This document shows positions 1-7,625 of a stretch of 29,427 nt of DNA, piece after piece. The notes under the pieces are model-generated. The model was not told the DNA's origin. It was given only the letters and a program-made list of their open reading frames with translations, and did not search any database. The stretch's first letter is position 1. Each line of letters begins with the position of its first letter. The DNA comes from a virus. Taxonomy: Duplodnaviria; Caudoviricetes. The stretch is taken from IMG/VR virus record IMGVR_UViG_3300016270_000022, positions 1 through 29,427 of that record. The stretch is one strand, 5' to 3'. The position numbers were made by a program, and so were the translations under genes.

Positions 1-264
1 GAAAACAGACGAGCTGCCATGAAAAATAGCAGAGGGAAAATATCTGGCGATCTATTGGAAAAATTATATCTTCTGCAGAAAGGGAAGTGCGCATGTTGCG
101 GTACACCTCTTAACGGTAAATATCATATTGACCACATAATGCCGCTGAAATTGGGCGGAGATAATTCTCCATCAAATATTCAATTGCTTAATCCGCTGTG
201 CAATATGAGAAAAGGAAAAATACATCCTGTTGACTATATGCAGTCTAAGGGATTTTTAATATGA
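1..264 (+). CDS. HNH endonuclease, 5'-truncated by window edge
   Basis: Frame open from base 1; CACC...HIDHIMPL..GG.N...NIQLL...CN..K HNH motif. Confidence 0.85.
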   Translation, partial: ENRRAAMKNSRGKISGDLLEKLYLLQKGKCACCGTPLNGKYHIDHIMPLKLGGDNSPSNIQLLNPLCNMRKGKIHPVDYMQSKGFLI

Positions 265-270
265 AAACGC

Positions 271-299
271 TTGTAAACTTTTTTCGGTTGTATTACACT
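271..299 (+). promoter_or_regulatory. sigma70-type promoter, probable late promoter
   Basis: TTGTAA (271-276), 17-nt spacer, TACACT (294-299); all downstream genes co-oriented. Confidence 0.6.
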
Positions 300-338
300 A
301 AAGGCCTAGGCAGATTTTCCTATGGAAAAATCAGTCTC

Positions 339-374
339 AAGCCGCCAGCATTCGTGCTCGCGGCTTTTTTATTT
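339..374 (+). terminator. Intrinsic terminator closing a short promoter-proximal leader
   Basis: AAGCCGC.AGCA-TTCG-TGCT.GCGGCTT hairpin followed by T run. Confidence 0.75.
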
Positions 375-420
375 GCATCTTGTAAACTTTCGCACCGGCT
401 TGGCAAGCCAACACGCAAAT

Positions 421-434
421 CGTTCTTTAACAAT
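421..434 (+). promoter_or_regulatory. boxA-like Nus antitermination site
   Basis: CGTTCTTTAACAAT, one mismatch to the GCTCTTTAACAA consensus; small hairpin GGCTT-GGC-AAGCC at 397-409 just upstream. Confidence 0.6.
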
Positions 435-449
435 TCTGGCCCAGCCTTA

Positions 450-822
450 GGGGCGTCAATCTGCGGATCAAGCCAAACCGCGCCGGATGCAGTCACCGGC
501 CTCGCTCTTTGATTCAAAGACCCGGATGCAGGCGTTCCTGCTTGCGCGGCTCAGCGACGCGCCATATCGCGCTGATAGAAAAGCTCTTGGTGCCTTCGGG
601 CCGGTGGTCGCACGAAACGCGACTTGTACGATAAATCGTACATAACTGCCTTAGTGCTCGATTTAAGGCATATCAAGCAAGCTTTTTAGAATTCCGGGCT
701 TAGTTTAGTTCCGAAGTTAATATAACGTCCAGCGGGACATCAGTGATGTCGCAATACCGAACGGAGACTATATAAGGAATTAATTTTGTCGGTCGATATT
801 TAAGGGAGTCGGCTCTAGAAAG
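450..822 (+). ncRNA. Putative structured non-coding RNA region (multi-domain)
   Basis: No credible ORF; consecutive hairpins at 482-500, 551-575, 592-601 (cUUCGg), 607-623, 625-642, 647-670; long-range stems 581-592/671-685 and 690-695/776-781. Confidence 0.5.
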
Positions 823-912
823 TTTCCTTGATCGGTTGCGCGGCAAACCCCGTCGTTCACGGCGGGGTCAAGAGCGCGGACGGCAGAGCCGGCCTTTGGT
901 AGTACAACAGGT

Positions 913-940
913 TTGCAGATGAGTCTCCACTGTATATAAT
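913..940 (+). promoter_or_regulatory. tnpB promoter, probably giving a leaderless mRNA
   Basis: TTGCAG (913-918), 16-nt spacer, TATAAT (935-940); ATG at 947 lies where the start site is expected; no SD. Confidence 0.6.
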
Positions 941-946
941 CACAGC

Positions 947-2188
947 ATGCAAAGACTTCAGGCCTTCAAGTACGAACTGATGCCAACCAGCGATCAAACA
1001 CGCGCTATGCACCGCTTCGCCGGGTCGTGCCGATTCGTCTATAACAAGGCATTGGCTTTGCAAAAGGAGAACCACGCGGCGGGTAAGAAGTTTATCGGCT
1101 ATGTCGCCATGGCGAAGCACTTGACTGGGTGGCGCAATGGTACAGAAACGCCCTGGCTAAAAGAGGCCCCTTGTCATCCTTTGCAGCATGCCCTGAAGGA
1201 TCTGGAAAGGGCATACAAAAATTTCTTCGAGAAGAGGGCAGACTTTCCAAATTTCAAGCGCAAGAATGGCGGTGATGCCTTCCGTTACCCGGACGCGAAA
1301 CAAATCAAGCTCGACCAGGATAACGACCGCATCTTTCTACCCAAGCTCGGCTGGCTACGTTACCGCAACAGCCGCGACGTACTGGGCGAGGTGCGTAATG
1401 TCACCGTGAGCCAGTCGGGCGGCAAGTGGTTCGCGTCGATTCAAACGCAACGCGAGGTCAAACAACCACTGTCCACGGCGACGACGGCCATCGGCATCGA
1501 TGTCGGCGTGGCCCGTTTCGCCACCATGAGCGATGGCAGCTTCATCGCGCCGCTCAACAGTTTCAAGAAACACCAGCAACGTCTTGCGCGCTACCAGCGC
1601 CGGATGAGCCGCAAGGTCAAGTTCAGCAACAACTGGAAGAAGGCGAAGGCCCGCATCCAGAAGATTCACACCGGCATCGCCAACGCCCGGAAAGATTTCC
1701 TGCACAAAACCACAACGACGATCAGCCAAAACCACGCGCTCGTATGCATTGAGGATTTGCAGGTACGGAACATGACCAAGTCTTCTAAAGGCACGGTCGA
1801 ACAACCGGGCAAGAAAGTCAGCCAGAAGTCTGGTCTGAACCGCGCCATTCTCGATCAGGGATGGGGTGAGTTTCGTCGCCAGCTTGGCTACAAGGTCACA
1901 TGGAACGGCGGCATGCTGCTGGCTGTGCCGCCGTATCACACCAGCCAGACGTGCCCGGCCTGCGGCCACGTCTCGAAAGACAATCGGCAGACTCAGGCAT
2001 CGTTCCTTTGCGTCGATTGTGGCCACGAAAATCACGCCGATGTGGTCGGCGCGATTAATGTTTTAAGGGCGGGACACGCCCAGTTAGCCTGTGGAGAGTC
2101 GGCGCAGTCGGGCCGCTCGATGAAGCAGGAACCCACCGAAGCGACCCGTAAATCATCACGCGGCGCCGTAGGAATCCCCGTCCTTTAG
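947..2188 (+). CDS. tnpB: RNA-guided endonuclease TnpB
   Basis: N-terminal HTH (AFKYEL.P...GSCRFVYN); RuvC-I GIDVG, RuvC-II IEDL, zinc finger CPACG/CVDCG, Ruv[12 protein letters not shown]; catalytic D-E-D intact. Confidence 0.95.
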   Translation: MQRLQAFKYELMPTSDQTRAMHRFAGSCRFVYNKALALQKENHAAGKKFIGYVAMAKHLTGWRNGTETPWLKEAPCHPLQHALKDLERAYKNFFEKRADFPNFKRKNGGDAFRYPDAKQIKLDQDNDRIFLPKLGWLRYRNSRDVLGEVRNVTVSQSGGKWFASIQTQREVKQPLSTATTAIGIDVGVARFATMSDGSFIAPLNSFKKHQQRLARYQRRMSRKVKFSNNWKKAKARIQKIHTGIANARKDFLHKTTTTISQNHALVCIEDLQVRNMTKSSKGTVEQPGKKVSQKSGLNRAILDQGWGEFRRQLGYKVTWNGGMLLAVPPYHTSQTCPACGHVSKDNRQTQASFLCVDCGHENHADVVGAINVLRAGHAQLACGESAQSGRSMKQEPTEATRKSSRGAVGIPVL

Positions 2189-2221
2189 GGCGGGGAGGAT
2201 GTCAAAGTGAATGCTGGATCC
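2060..2221 (+). ncRNA. TnpB omega/reRNA (scaffold overlapping tnpB 3' end; guide from 2206)
   Basis: Established location of TnpB guide RNA at the IS right end; 5' and 3' limits approximate. Confidence 0.6.
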
Positions 2222-2304
2222 TGACCAGCGCGCCTCAGTTGTAAGAGCATGCAGCGTGGAATTGCTTACCCCCAAGCTGGAATTACAGGGCCAGCCACTA
2301 TCAA
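2206..2304 (+). ncRNA. Structured RNA with potential kissing loops, 5' arm split by the IS
   Basis: GCTGG-ATCCTGA-CCAGC (2213-2229) and GCTGG-AATTACAGGG-CCAGC (2276-2295) hairpins with complementary loops CCTG/CAGG; closing stem TTGAT|AGTG pairs with CACTATCAA (2296-2304) in the empty site. Confidence 0.55.
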
Positions 2305-2310
2305 AGATTT

Positions 2311-2384
2311 GCGAGTGAGCACAAGGTGTGCCGCCAGGTTTCCACCCTGAGCAGAGAAGGCTTCGATTGCCTCCATTCGCTCCA
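2311..2384 (+). tRNA. tRNA-Gly(TCC), non-canonical
   Basis: Acceptor GCGAGTG/CATTCGC, discriminator T, encoded CCA; anticodon arm CAGG-TT TCC AC-CCTG; T loop TTCGATT; D arm GCAC-AAGGT-GTGC. Confidence 0.8.
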
Positions 2385-2544
2385 GAAGGCACTTGCGAGG
2401 AGCGCTGCCACGCCTTGATGACGAAGGCGAAAAAATCACTCGCGCGGGAGACGCAATCCCCAAACTGCGTTGGCGGTCGGAGAAAATTAGAGCCGATGCT
2501 TGCTGGTAAGCCGCATTCAAGCCAGTTTCAAAATAGGAGGCCAT

Positions 2545-2709
2545 ATGCAAGCCAGCCAAATCCCAGGCGATGAACTCCTATTTCACGCAAAGCATCTGGT
2601 CGCTGAGGACAGCCTCACGACCGAGAAGATTATCAGCTACCTGGCCAACAAATACGGTGCCAAGGCTGAAGAAGTCCTGAATAGTATCGAAAGCGAGTGC
2701 GCTGCATGA
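2545..2709 (+). CDS. Hypothetical protein (54 aa)
   Basis: GGAGG SD at 2536-2540 before ATG 2545; stop overlaps the next start. Confidence 0.65.
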   Translation: MQASQIPGDELLFHAKHLVAEDSLTTEKIISYLANKYGAKAEEVLNSIESECAA

Positions 2710-2828
2710 ACTGGACCATGTTTTGCGTCGCCACTTGCTGCGCGATTGCCGGCTTCGTTGTTGGCGCCCTCTGGTTTTCTGGCTGGATGCTTTCTTCCAT
2801 TTGCAAGATAGTCGGGAGCCAGCGATGA
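2706..2828 (+). CDS. Small membrane protein (40 aa), not in the ORF track
   Basis: MNWTMFCVATCCAIAGFVVGALWFSGWMLSSICKIVGSQR; ATGA overlaps at both ends. Confidence 0.55.
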   Translation: MNWTMFCVATCCAIAGFVVGALWFSGWMLSSICKIVGSQR

Positions 2829-3112
2829 CCGAACGCGATGAAATCGATCTTGGTGACAATCACACGATGATATTCAGCGAATATCAGGGCGAAAAGCGGG
2901 TCGGCGCGAACATCGTTCATCAGGCTGCTGATGGCAGTAAATGCCAAGGTTGGATTTCCTTTGAAGGCCGGGCATGGGCGAATAGCTTCAATGGCTCGAT
3001 TGCGACATGGAAAGTTGAGCAAGACGAACCGATCACTTTGTCGCCCAGTATAGCCTGCCGTGTATGCGGCGATCATGGCTATGTGAGAGACGGAAAATGG
3101 GTGAAAGCGTGA
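2825..3112 (+). CDS. Small putative Zn-binding protein (DUF6527-like)
   Basis: C-terminal TLSPSIACRVCGDHGYVRDGKW motif; GGGAG SD before ATG 2825. Confidence 0.65.
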   Translation: MTERDEIDLGDNHTMIFSEYQGEKRVGANIVHQAADGSKCQGWISFEGRAWANSFNGSIATWKVEQDEPITLSPSIACRVCGDHGYVRDGKWVKA

Positions 3113-3381
3113 AGCCGATGACCGAACAAGAAGCTGACCGCCAGCTTCGTTCTTTCGGCACCCTGGCCGAGAAGATGGAAACGCATGACCTGGTCGTCAA
3201 AGAGCCAGTCTTGACGGATGCAGGCTACGCGCAGAAATACCCAAGCTATATTGACGTTGGCAATATCACGGTCATGCAGGATGTTCCGCCAAACTATTTT
3301 GCGAAACTGATTGAAGAAATGAAGACTTGGCCATCTGTTGCGGATGATTGCCAGATATTCGATTTCACCCCACTGTTTTAA
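3109..3381 (+). CDS. Hypothetical protein
   Basis: GTGA overlap with upstream stop; ends before a terminator; start could be ATG 3118. Confidence 0.55.
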   Translation: MKPMTEQEADRQLRSFGTLAEKMETHDLVVKEPVLTDAGYAQKYPSYIDVGNITVMQDVPPNYFAKLIEEMKTWPSVADDCQIFDFTPLF

Positions 3382-3413
3382 CGATTTCTCCCCACGTCCT
3401 TATAGGACTTGCC

Positions 3414-3439
3414 AGCCGCTTTAATCAGCGGCTTTTTTT
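3414..3439 (+). terminator. Intrinsic terminator
   Basis: AGCCGCT-TTAATC-AGCGGCT plus T run. Confidence 0.75.
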
Positions 3440-3499
3440 ATTAAACAACAATTCAAACAAAATCAAAAACATTGAAATTAATCATAGGAAACCTTTAAA

Positions 3500-4972
3500 T
3501 TGGCCTCCACTTTCGCAAATCACGCAACCAGTTGGTATGTGCGTGCCGGTGGAGCTTTGACCAACGGAGGGGGATTCGATTCGACTGTAGCGGGTGCCGG
3601 CACAAATTATGCTGACCAGGACAGTCCTCAGTTGACGCTTACTGATGTTGCCACTGCAGGCGTGTCTGCGACCATCACTAGCGTGACAGGTGGCTTTACT
3701 TCTCAGATGGTTGGCAATGTAGTTGCCTTTAGTTCTGGCACGAACTTCATCGTTGACCGCTTTGTGATCGTTACCTACATCAGCTCCACTAGTGTGACGC
3801 TGGATAGGAACTGCACAACTGGTGTGGGCGCATCTGGGAATATGAAGGTTGGCGGCGCAATGGCCAGCCCGGCTAACTTGACCGTTGGCGGTAGTGGTAC
3901 TGGTGCTAACCCCACGACACCGCCCAGCCCGCTTATTCCTGGCAACACAGTGAACATTCGCGGCGCTGGCACACAAGATCCCAGTACGTTCGACTACGAC
4001 ATGTCGAGCGGCTACTATGAGTTTATAAACGGCAATAACACTGCTACGACCAGCGGCGGGGCCATCCGGTTTGTTGGCTATAACGGCAGGCCATACATAA
4101 AGCATTGCGGGCTGCTTTCCTTCGGCGGCTCAGGCGGTACTCAGTTTGGCAATGTCCACCAATGGAAGAATATTAAGTTCGTTCAGACTGTTGGCTCGTT
4201 TGGCATAGGCGACACCCATAATCTTTGCGATGCTGCGACCAATAGCTTCTACAACTGCATTTTCGATGCAAACGGCTTTGCGACCCAGATACTTGATTTC
4301 GGCAACAGTGCTAATGCCGCTGGAGCATGTGTTTGCTGCGAGATAAGAAACTCTGCCGGAGGAGCGGCCGCTACGACTGGCTGGGGAATTCGCCATAACC
4401 ACGGCGGGGGCTTCGTCTTCGGCACGTGGATACATGGCCAGCGCCAGCATGGCATTCAGGGCGTTGGCGTATTTGGTAGCCACATGTTCTGCCTCATCAA
4501 TGCCAATCTCAAGTATGGCTACAACGATTTGGAGAACGACGGTTCCAAGCCAATTCCGTTGTTCTTCATGAATTGCACATTTGATGGGAATAGCTCTGGT
4601 GCAATGAACTTTGCCGCGCTGGGCATTTTCAATAACACGATCCAGAACTGCATCTTCGCTAACCATACGACTGCCGCCACTGCTGCGCTCACATTCGCGG
4701 ATTCTTTGGCTACCAACACACAGAAATACCGTTGGATTGGCTACAACGACTATTTCAACAATACGGCGAACTTCAATGGCTCCCCTGCTGTGTGGGGCAT
4801 TAACAAGACAGTTGATGCCGGCCTGAGTGGGGACTTAACGCTTGATCCGCAATACACGAACTCTGCTGGCAATGATTACAGCACTGGATCTAACCTGGCT
4901 GGCAAAGGTCTGCTGTGGTGCAGCAATTTCACTAGCACCAGCTATACCATGCGCATGGGAGGCATAGCTTAA
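3500..4972 (+). CDS. Putative virion beta-helix (tailspike/adhesin-like) protein, paralog 1
   Basis: G/T/N-rich; beta-helix-like repeats (NCIFDANG, NCTFDGNS, NCIFANH); TTG start supported by identical MASTFAN start of the next gene. Confidence 0.6.
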   Translation: MASTFANHATSWYVRAGGALTNGGGFDSTVAGAGTNYADQDSPQLTLTDVATAGVSATITSVTGGFTSQMVGNVVAFSSGTNFIVDRFVIVTYISSTSVTLDRNCTTGVGASGNMKVGGAMASPANLTVGGSGTGANPTTPPSPLIPGNTVNIRGAGTQDPSTFDYDMSSGYYEFINGNNTATTSGGAIRFVGYNGRPYIKHCGLLSFGGSGGTQFGNVHQWKNIKFVQTVGSFGIGDTHNLCDAATNSFYNCIFDANGFATQILDFGNSANAAGACVCCEIRNSAGGAAATTGWGIRHNHGGGFVFGTWIHGQRQHGIQGVGVFGSHMFCLINANLKYGYNDLENDGSKPIPLFFMNCTFDGNSSGAMNFAALGIFNNTIQNCIFANHTTAATAALTFADSLATNTQKYRWIGYNDYFNNTANFNGSPAVWGINKTVDAGLSGDLTLDPQYTNSAGNDYSTGSNLAGKGLLWCSNFTSTSYTMRMGGIA

Positions 4973-6558
4973 TGGCCTCGACATTTGCAAACAGCACGGC
5001 GATATGGAAAGTACGCGCTGGCGGCTCCCAGTCGAACGGCGGTGGCTTTGATCCGCTGGTGACCAATGCCGGCACTGATTACACAGATCAGGACTCGCCG
5101 CAAACGAGTGGCACTACCGGCACGGTAACATCTGGCTCTACCACGTTTGTAGATGCGTCTGCGGCCTTTACTTCTGCCATGATAGGCAACGTCATGCAGA
5201 TCAGCGCAGCGACAGGCGGTAGCGCAGCGGCGGTTGATTACTACGTGATTACCGCCTACACAAGCGCAACAACTGTTACTCTGGATCGATCGCCTGCAAC
5301 TGGTTCGAATATAACGGCTTGCACCTGGGCTGTCGGCGGGGCATTTGCCACATTGGCGAATCTTGCATTGACGGCAACTGGAACGCTACCTGCGCCTGCA
5401 ACACCTGCTCCGCTGTTGATTGGCAATACTGTCATGATTCGCGGCTCTGGTTCTGCTGATCCTGGCTCGAATGATTACGATTGGTCTGGTGGCACATGGA
5501 CGTTTGTGGGCAATAGCCCGATCATCGTCAATGGCATTTCCACGAATATCATCACGCTGATTGGTTACAACGGCCGCCCACGCATTGCGCATGCCGGCCA
5601 AGTGATCAATGCTGGCAGCGGTGGCGGTAGCCCAACATCCGCCGGTTGGGACTGCAAGCACATTTCCTTGTTTAGGAAGCTGGGGACGAATACAACTCCG
5701 GCAATCACCTACGCATCGAATACAGCCTCCACGCCAATGCGCGTGATGGACTGTATATTCGATCAGAACGGATTTGACGCGCAGGAATACGCTGGTATAG
5801 GCGGCGGCTTCGATTTCAACGAAATCCGCAGCACTGGCGCTTCTGGTGCCGGGACGATTACAGTGGTTGCGATTGATCACCCTGGCTGCTCATGTGTAGG
5901 GAACTATATTCACGGCGTGAAAGGTCCGGCGGTTGCCATTATGTATGGCGCCAGCAGCATCACGACAACTCACCCAGTTATAGCTTTCAACCACATTGTA
6001 AATTGCTTAAGTGATGGCATTACGCTGAAGCTACAGAACGCCTCGACTCTATATAACGCCGTGGTGGTGCACAACACCATCGATAATAACCAAGGACATG
6101 GCATCGTTCTCGGCACGACGATGATGAGCTATCTCAGCTTGTTCAATAACATCATCAGCAACCATGTCGGAGTTGGCAAGAACGCCATCAACTTTACTGA
6201 TGGCTATCAGGTTAATGTGCAGTTGCAGAAAAACATAGTTGACGCGAACTGCTATTACGGCAATACAGCAGACTTCAACACGATTAGCTCTGTTGTCGCA
6301 TGGGCTTACGGCCCCAATGATGTGCAGGCCAATCCAGGTTATGTAAACGCAGGCAGTGGCAACTACAAGACTGGCTCCAATGTTAATGCCAAGGGCTTGA
6401 GTGGCCTGGGTGGTGTCGCCGGAACAATTGGCGCTGCAACAAACAAATTGAACATTGGTGCTTATCAAGGCCCAGCGGCATTAAGCGCCTTATTCACGCA
6501 GCAACTTCTTTCTGGGACTGGCGCAGGTGGAACATTAATGAGGAACCCATTGGGATAG
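4972..6558 (+). CDS. Putative virion beta-helix (tailspike/adhesin-like) protein, paralog 2
   Basis: Shares N-terminal domain with the previous gene; HNTIDNNQGHGI, NNIISNH repeats; NIGAYQ cap; TAATG coupling. Confidence 0.6.
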   Translation: MASTFANSTAIWKVRAGGSQSNGGGFDPLVTNAGTDYTDQDSPQTSGTTGTVTSGSTTFVDASAAFTSAMIGNVMQISAATGGSAAAVDYYVITAYTSATTVTLDRSPATGSNITACTWAVGGAFATLANLALTATGTLPAPATPAPLLIGNTVMIRGSGSADPGSNDYDWSGGTWTFVGNSPIIVNGISTNIITLIGYNGRPRIAHAGQVINAGSGGGSPTSAGWDCKHISLFRKLGTNTTPAITYASNTASTPMRVMDCIFDQNGFDAQEYAGIGGGFDFNEIRSTGASGAGTITVVAIDHPGCSCVGNYIHGVKGPAVAIMYGASSITTTHPVIAFNHIVNCLSDGITLKLQNASTLYNAVVVHNTIDNNQGHGIVLGTTMMSYLSLFNNIISNHVGVGKNAINFTDGYQVNVQLQKNIVDANCYYGNTADFNTISSVVAWAYGPNDVQANPGYVNAGSGNYKTGSNVNAKGLSGLGGVAGTIGAATNKLNIGAYQGPAALSALFTQQLLSGTGAGGTLMRNPLG

Positions 6559-6561
6559 GTC

Positions 6562-7455
6562 ATGGCAAAACTTCAAATATTGGCCGGATCCACTAGCCAA
6601 ACAGTAAATATTTTTATACAAGATACGACGAAAACAAACGGCGGCGGCTTGACTGGGCTTGCTTTTAATACTTCTGGGCTTACTGCCTATTATGCATTGC
6701 CGTCTGCCGCCTCTGTGGCTATTACCTTAGCCACGTTGGCGGCTGTGACTTCTGCTTATTCCTCTGGCGGCTTCAAAGAAATTGATGCTACGAATATGCC
6801 AGGATGGTACCGTTTTGATATTCCAAATGCTGCAATAGCTTCTGGCCGTTTCGTTGCGCTTCATTTTCGCGGTGCTACAAACATGGCAGAAACACCGATT
6901 GAAATAGAATTGACGGCAACAAATAATCAATCTGCAACCGCATTCATTACTGGTGTAAATAGTGTAACAATTACTGGTGATGCATACGCTAGGTTAGGTG
7001 CGCCTGCAGGTGCTTCTGTTTCTGCGGATATTGCAGCCATCAAGAGCGACACTGGCACAATTCTTACTGACGTGAATACTGGTGCTGGCGCAATTTATAC
7101 ACGCCTAGGCGCACCGGCCGGGGCTTCTATTGCCGCTGATATTGCGGCAGTAAAGACTGATACTGGGACATCTGGTTCTATTTATACCCGCATTGGTGCC
7201 CCTGTTGGCGCATCAATCTCTGCTGACATTGCAAACGTCAAGCCTAGCATCATGACCACAGCAATGACTGAGAGTTACGCTGCTGTGGGTGTGGCGCCTA
7301 CTCTCGTTCAGGGCATATTCATGCTACTCAGCGGCCAACAAGATTCGGTAAGTGGCACAACGCTGACGAACTACAAGATTGATGGCGTAACAGCCGCCCA
7401 GACCTTTACGCTGAACAGCGCCACAACGCCTACTAGCGTAGTCAGGGCCACATAA
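6562..7455 (+). CDS. Putative virion structural protein with three internal repeats
   Basis: Y.R[LI]GAP.GAS..ADIA.[IV]K repeated three times; A/T/G-rich. Confidence 0.6.
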   Translation: MAKLQILAGSTSQTVNIFIQDTTKTNGGGLTGLAFNTSGLTAYYALPSAASVAITLATLAAVTSAYSSGGFKEIDATNMPGWYRFDIPNAAIASGRFVALHFRGATNMAETPIEIELTATNNQSATAFITGVNSVTITGDAYARLGAPAGASVSADIAAIKSDTGTILTDVNTGAGAIYTRLGAPAGASIAADIAAVKTDTGTSGSIYTRIGAPVGASISADIANVKPSIMTTAMTESYAAVGVAPTLVQGIFMLLSGQQDSVSGTTLTNYKIDGVTAAQTFTLNSATTPTSVVRAT

Positions 7456-7616
7456 TGGCTGCCGTTTCCAATGTAGTTACTAGGGCATTCCGTATTGCCT
7501 TGGTGCCTACTGGGATTAACTACATGATGCGCAATGGACTTAGCGCGTCAGGTGGCGGGGGCGGATCAACATTCGCCACACTCATCATTTACTTTCGGCG
7601 CCGCGATAGATTTTAG
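7455..7616 (+). CDS. Small protein (53 aa) with Gly run and basic tail, not in the ORF track
   Basis: TAATG coupling; ends SGGGGGSTFATLIIYFRRRDRF; fills the gap exactly. Confidence 0.6.
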   Translation: MAAVSNVVTRAFRIALVPTGINYMMRNGLSASGGGGGSTFATLIIYFRRRDRF

Positions 7617-7625
7617 GAACCCATA

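Larger units (their letters stand above)
833..2205 (+). mobile_element. IS200/IS605-family element, tnpB only (IS1341-type, non-autonomous)
   Basis: TTGAT target at 828-832; left end CAAA guide (844-847) plus hairpin CCCCGTCG-TTCA-CGGCGGGG (848-867); right end GAAT guide (2172-2175), hairpin 2176-2195 and terminal TCAA (2202-2205); no tnpA, no target duplication. Confidence 0.9.

Noticed and set aside
261-517. ORFs 261-512 (+) and 320-517 (-)
   Set aside because: They run through the promoter, terminator and boxA and have no recognisable protein features
857-2066. Antisense and alternative-frame ORFs in the IS, considered as tnpA
   Set aside because: No HUH/Y1 or serine recombinase motifs; shadows of GC-rich tnpB
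2405-2435. Hammerhead-like TGATGA...GAAA
   Set aside because: Core reads TTGATGA inside a simple hairpin loop; the three-stem hammerhead geometry cannot be built
3500-6558. Diversity-generating retroelement or invertible cassette behind the paralogs
   Set aside because: No reverse transcriptase or invertase in the window and no near-identical TR/VR or inverted repeats seen; similarity is mainly at protein level
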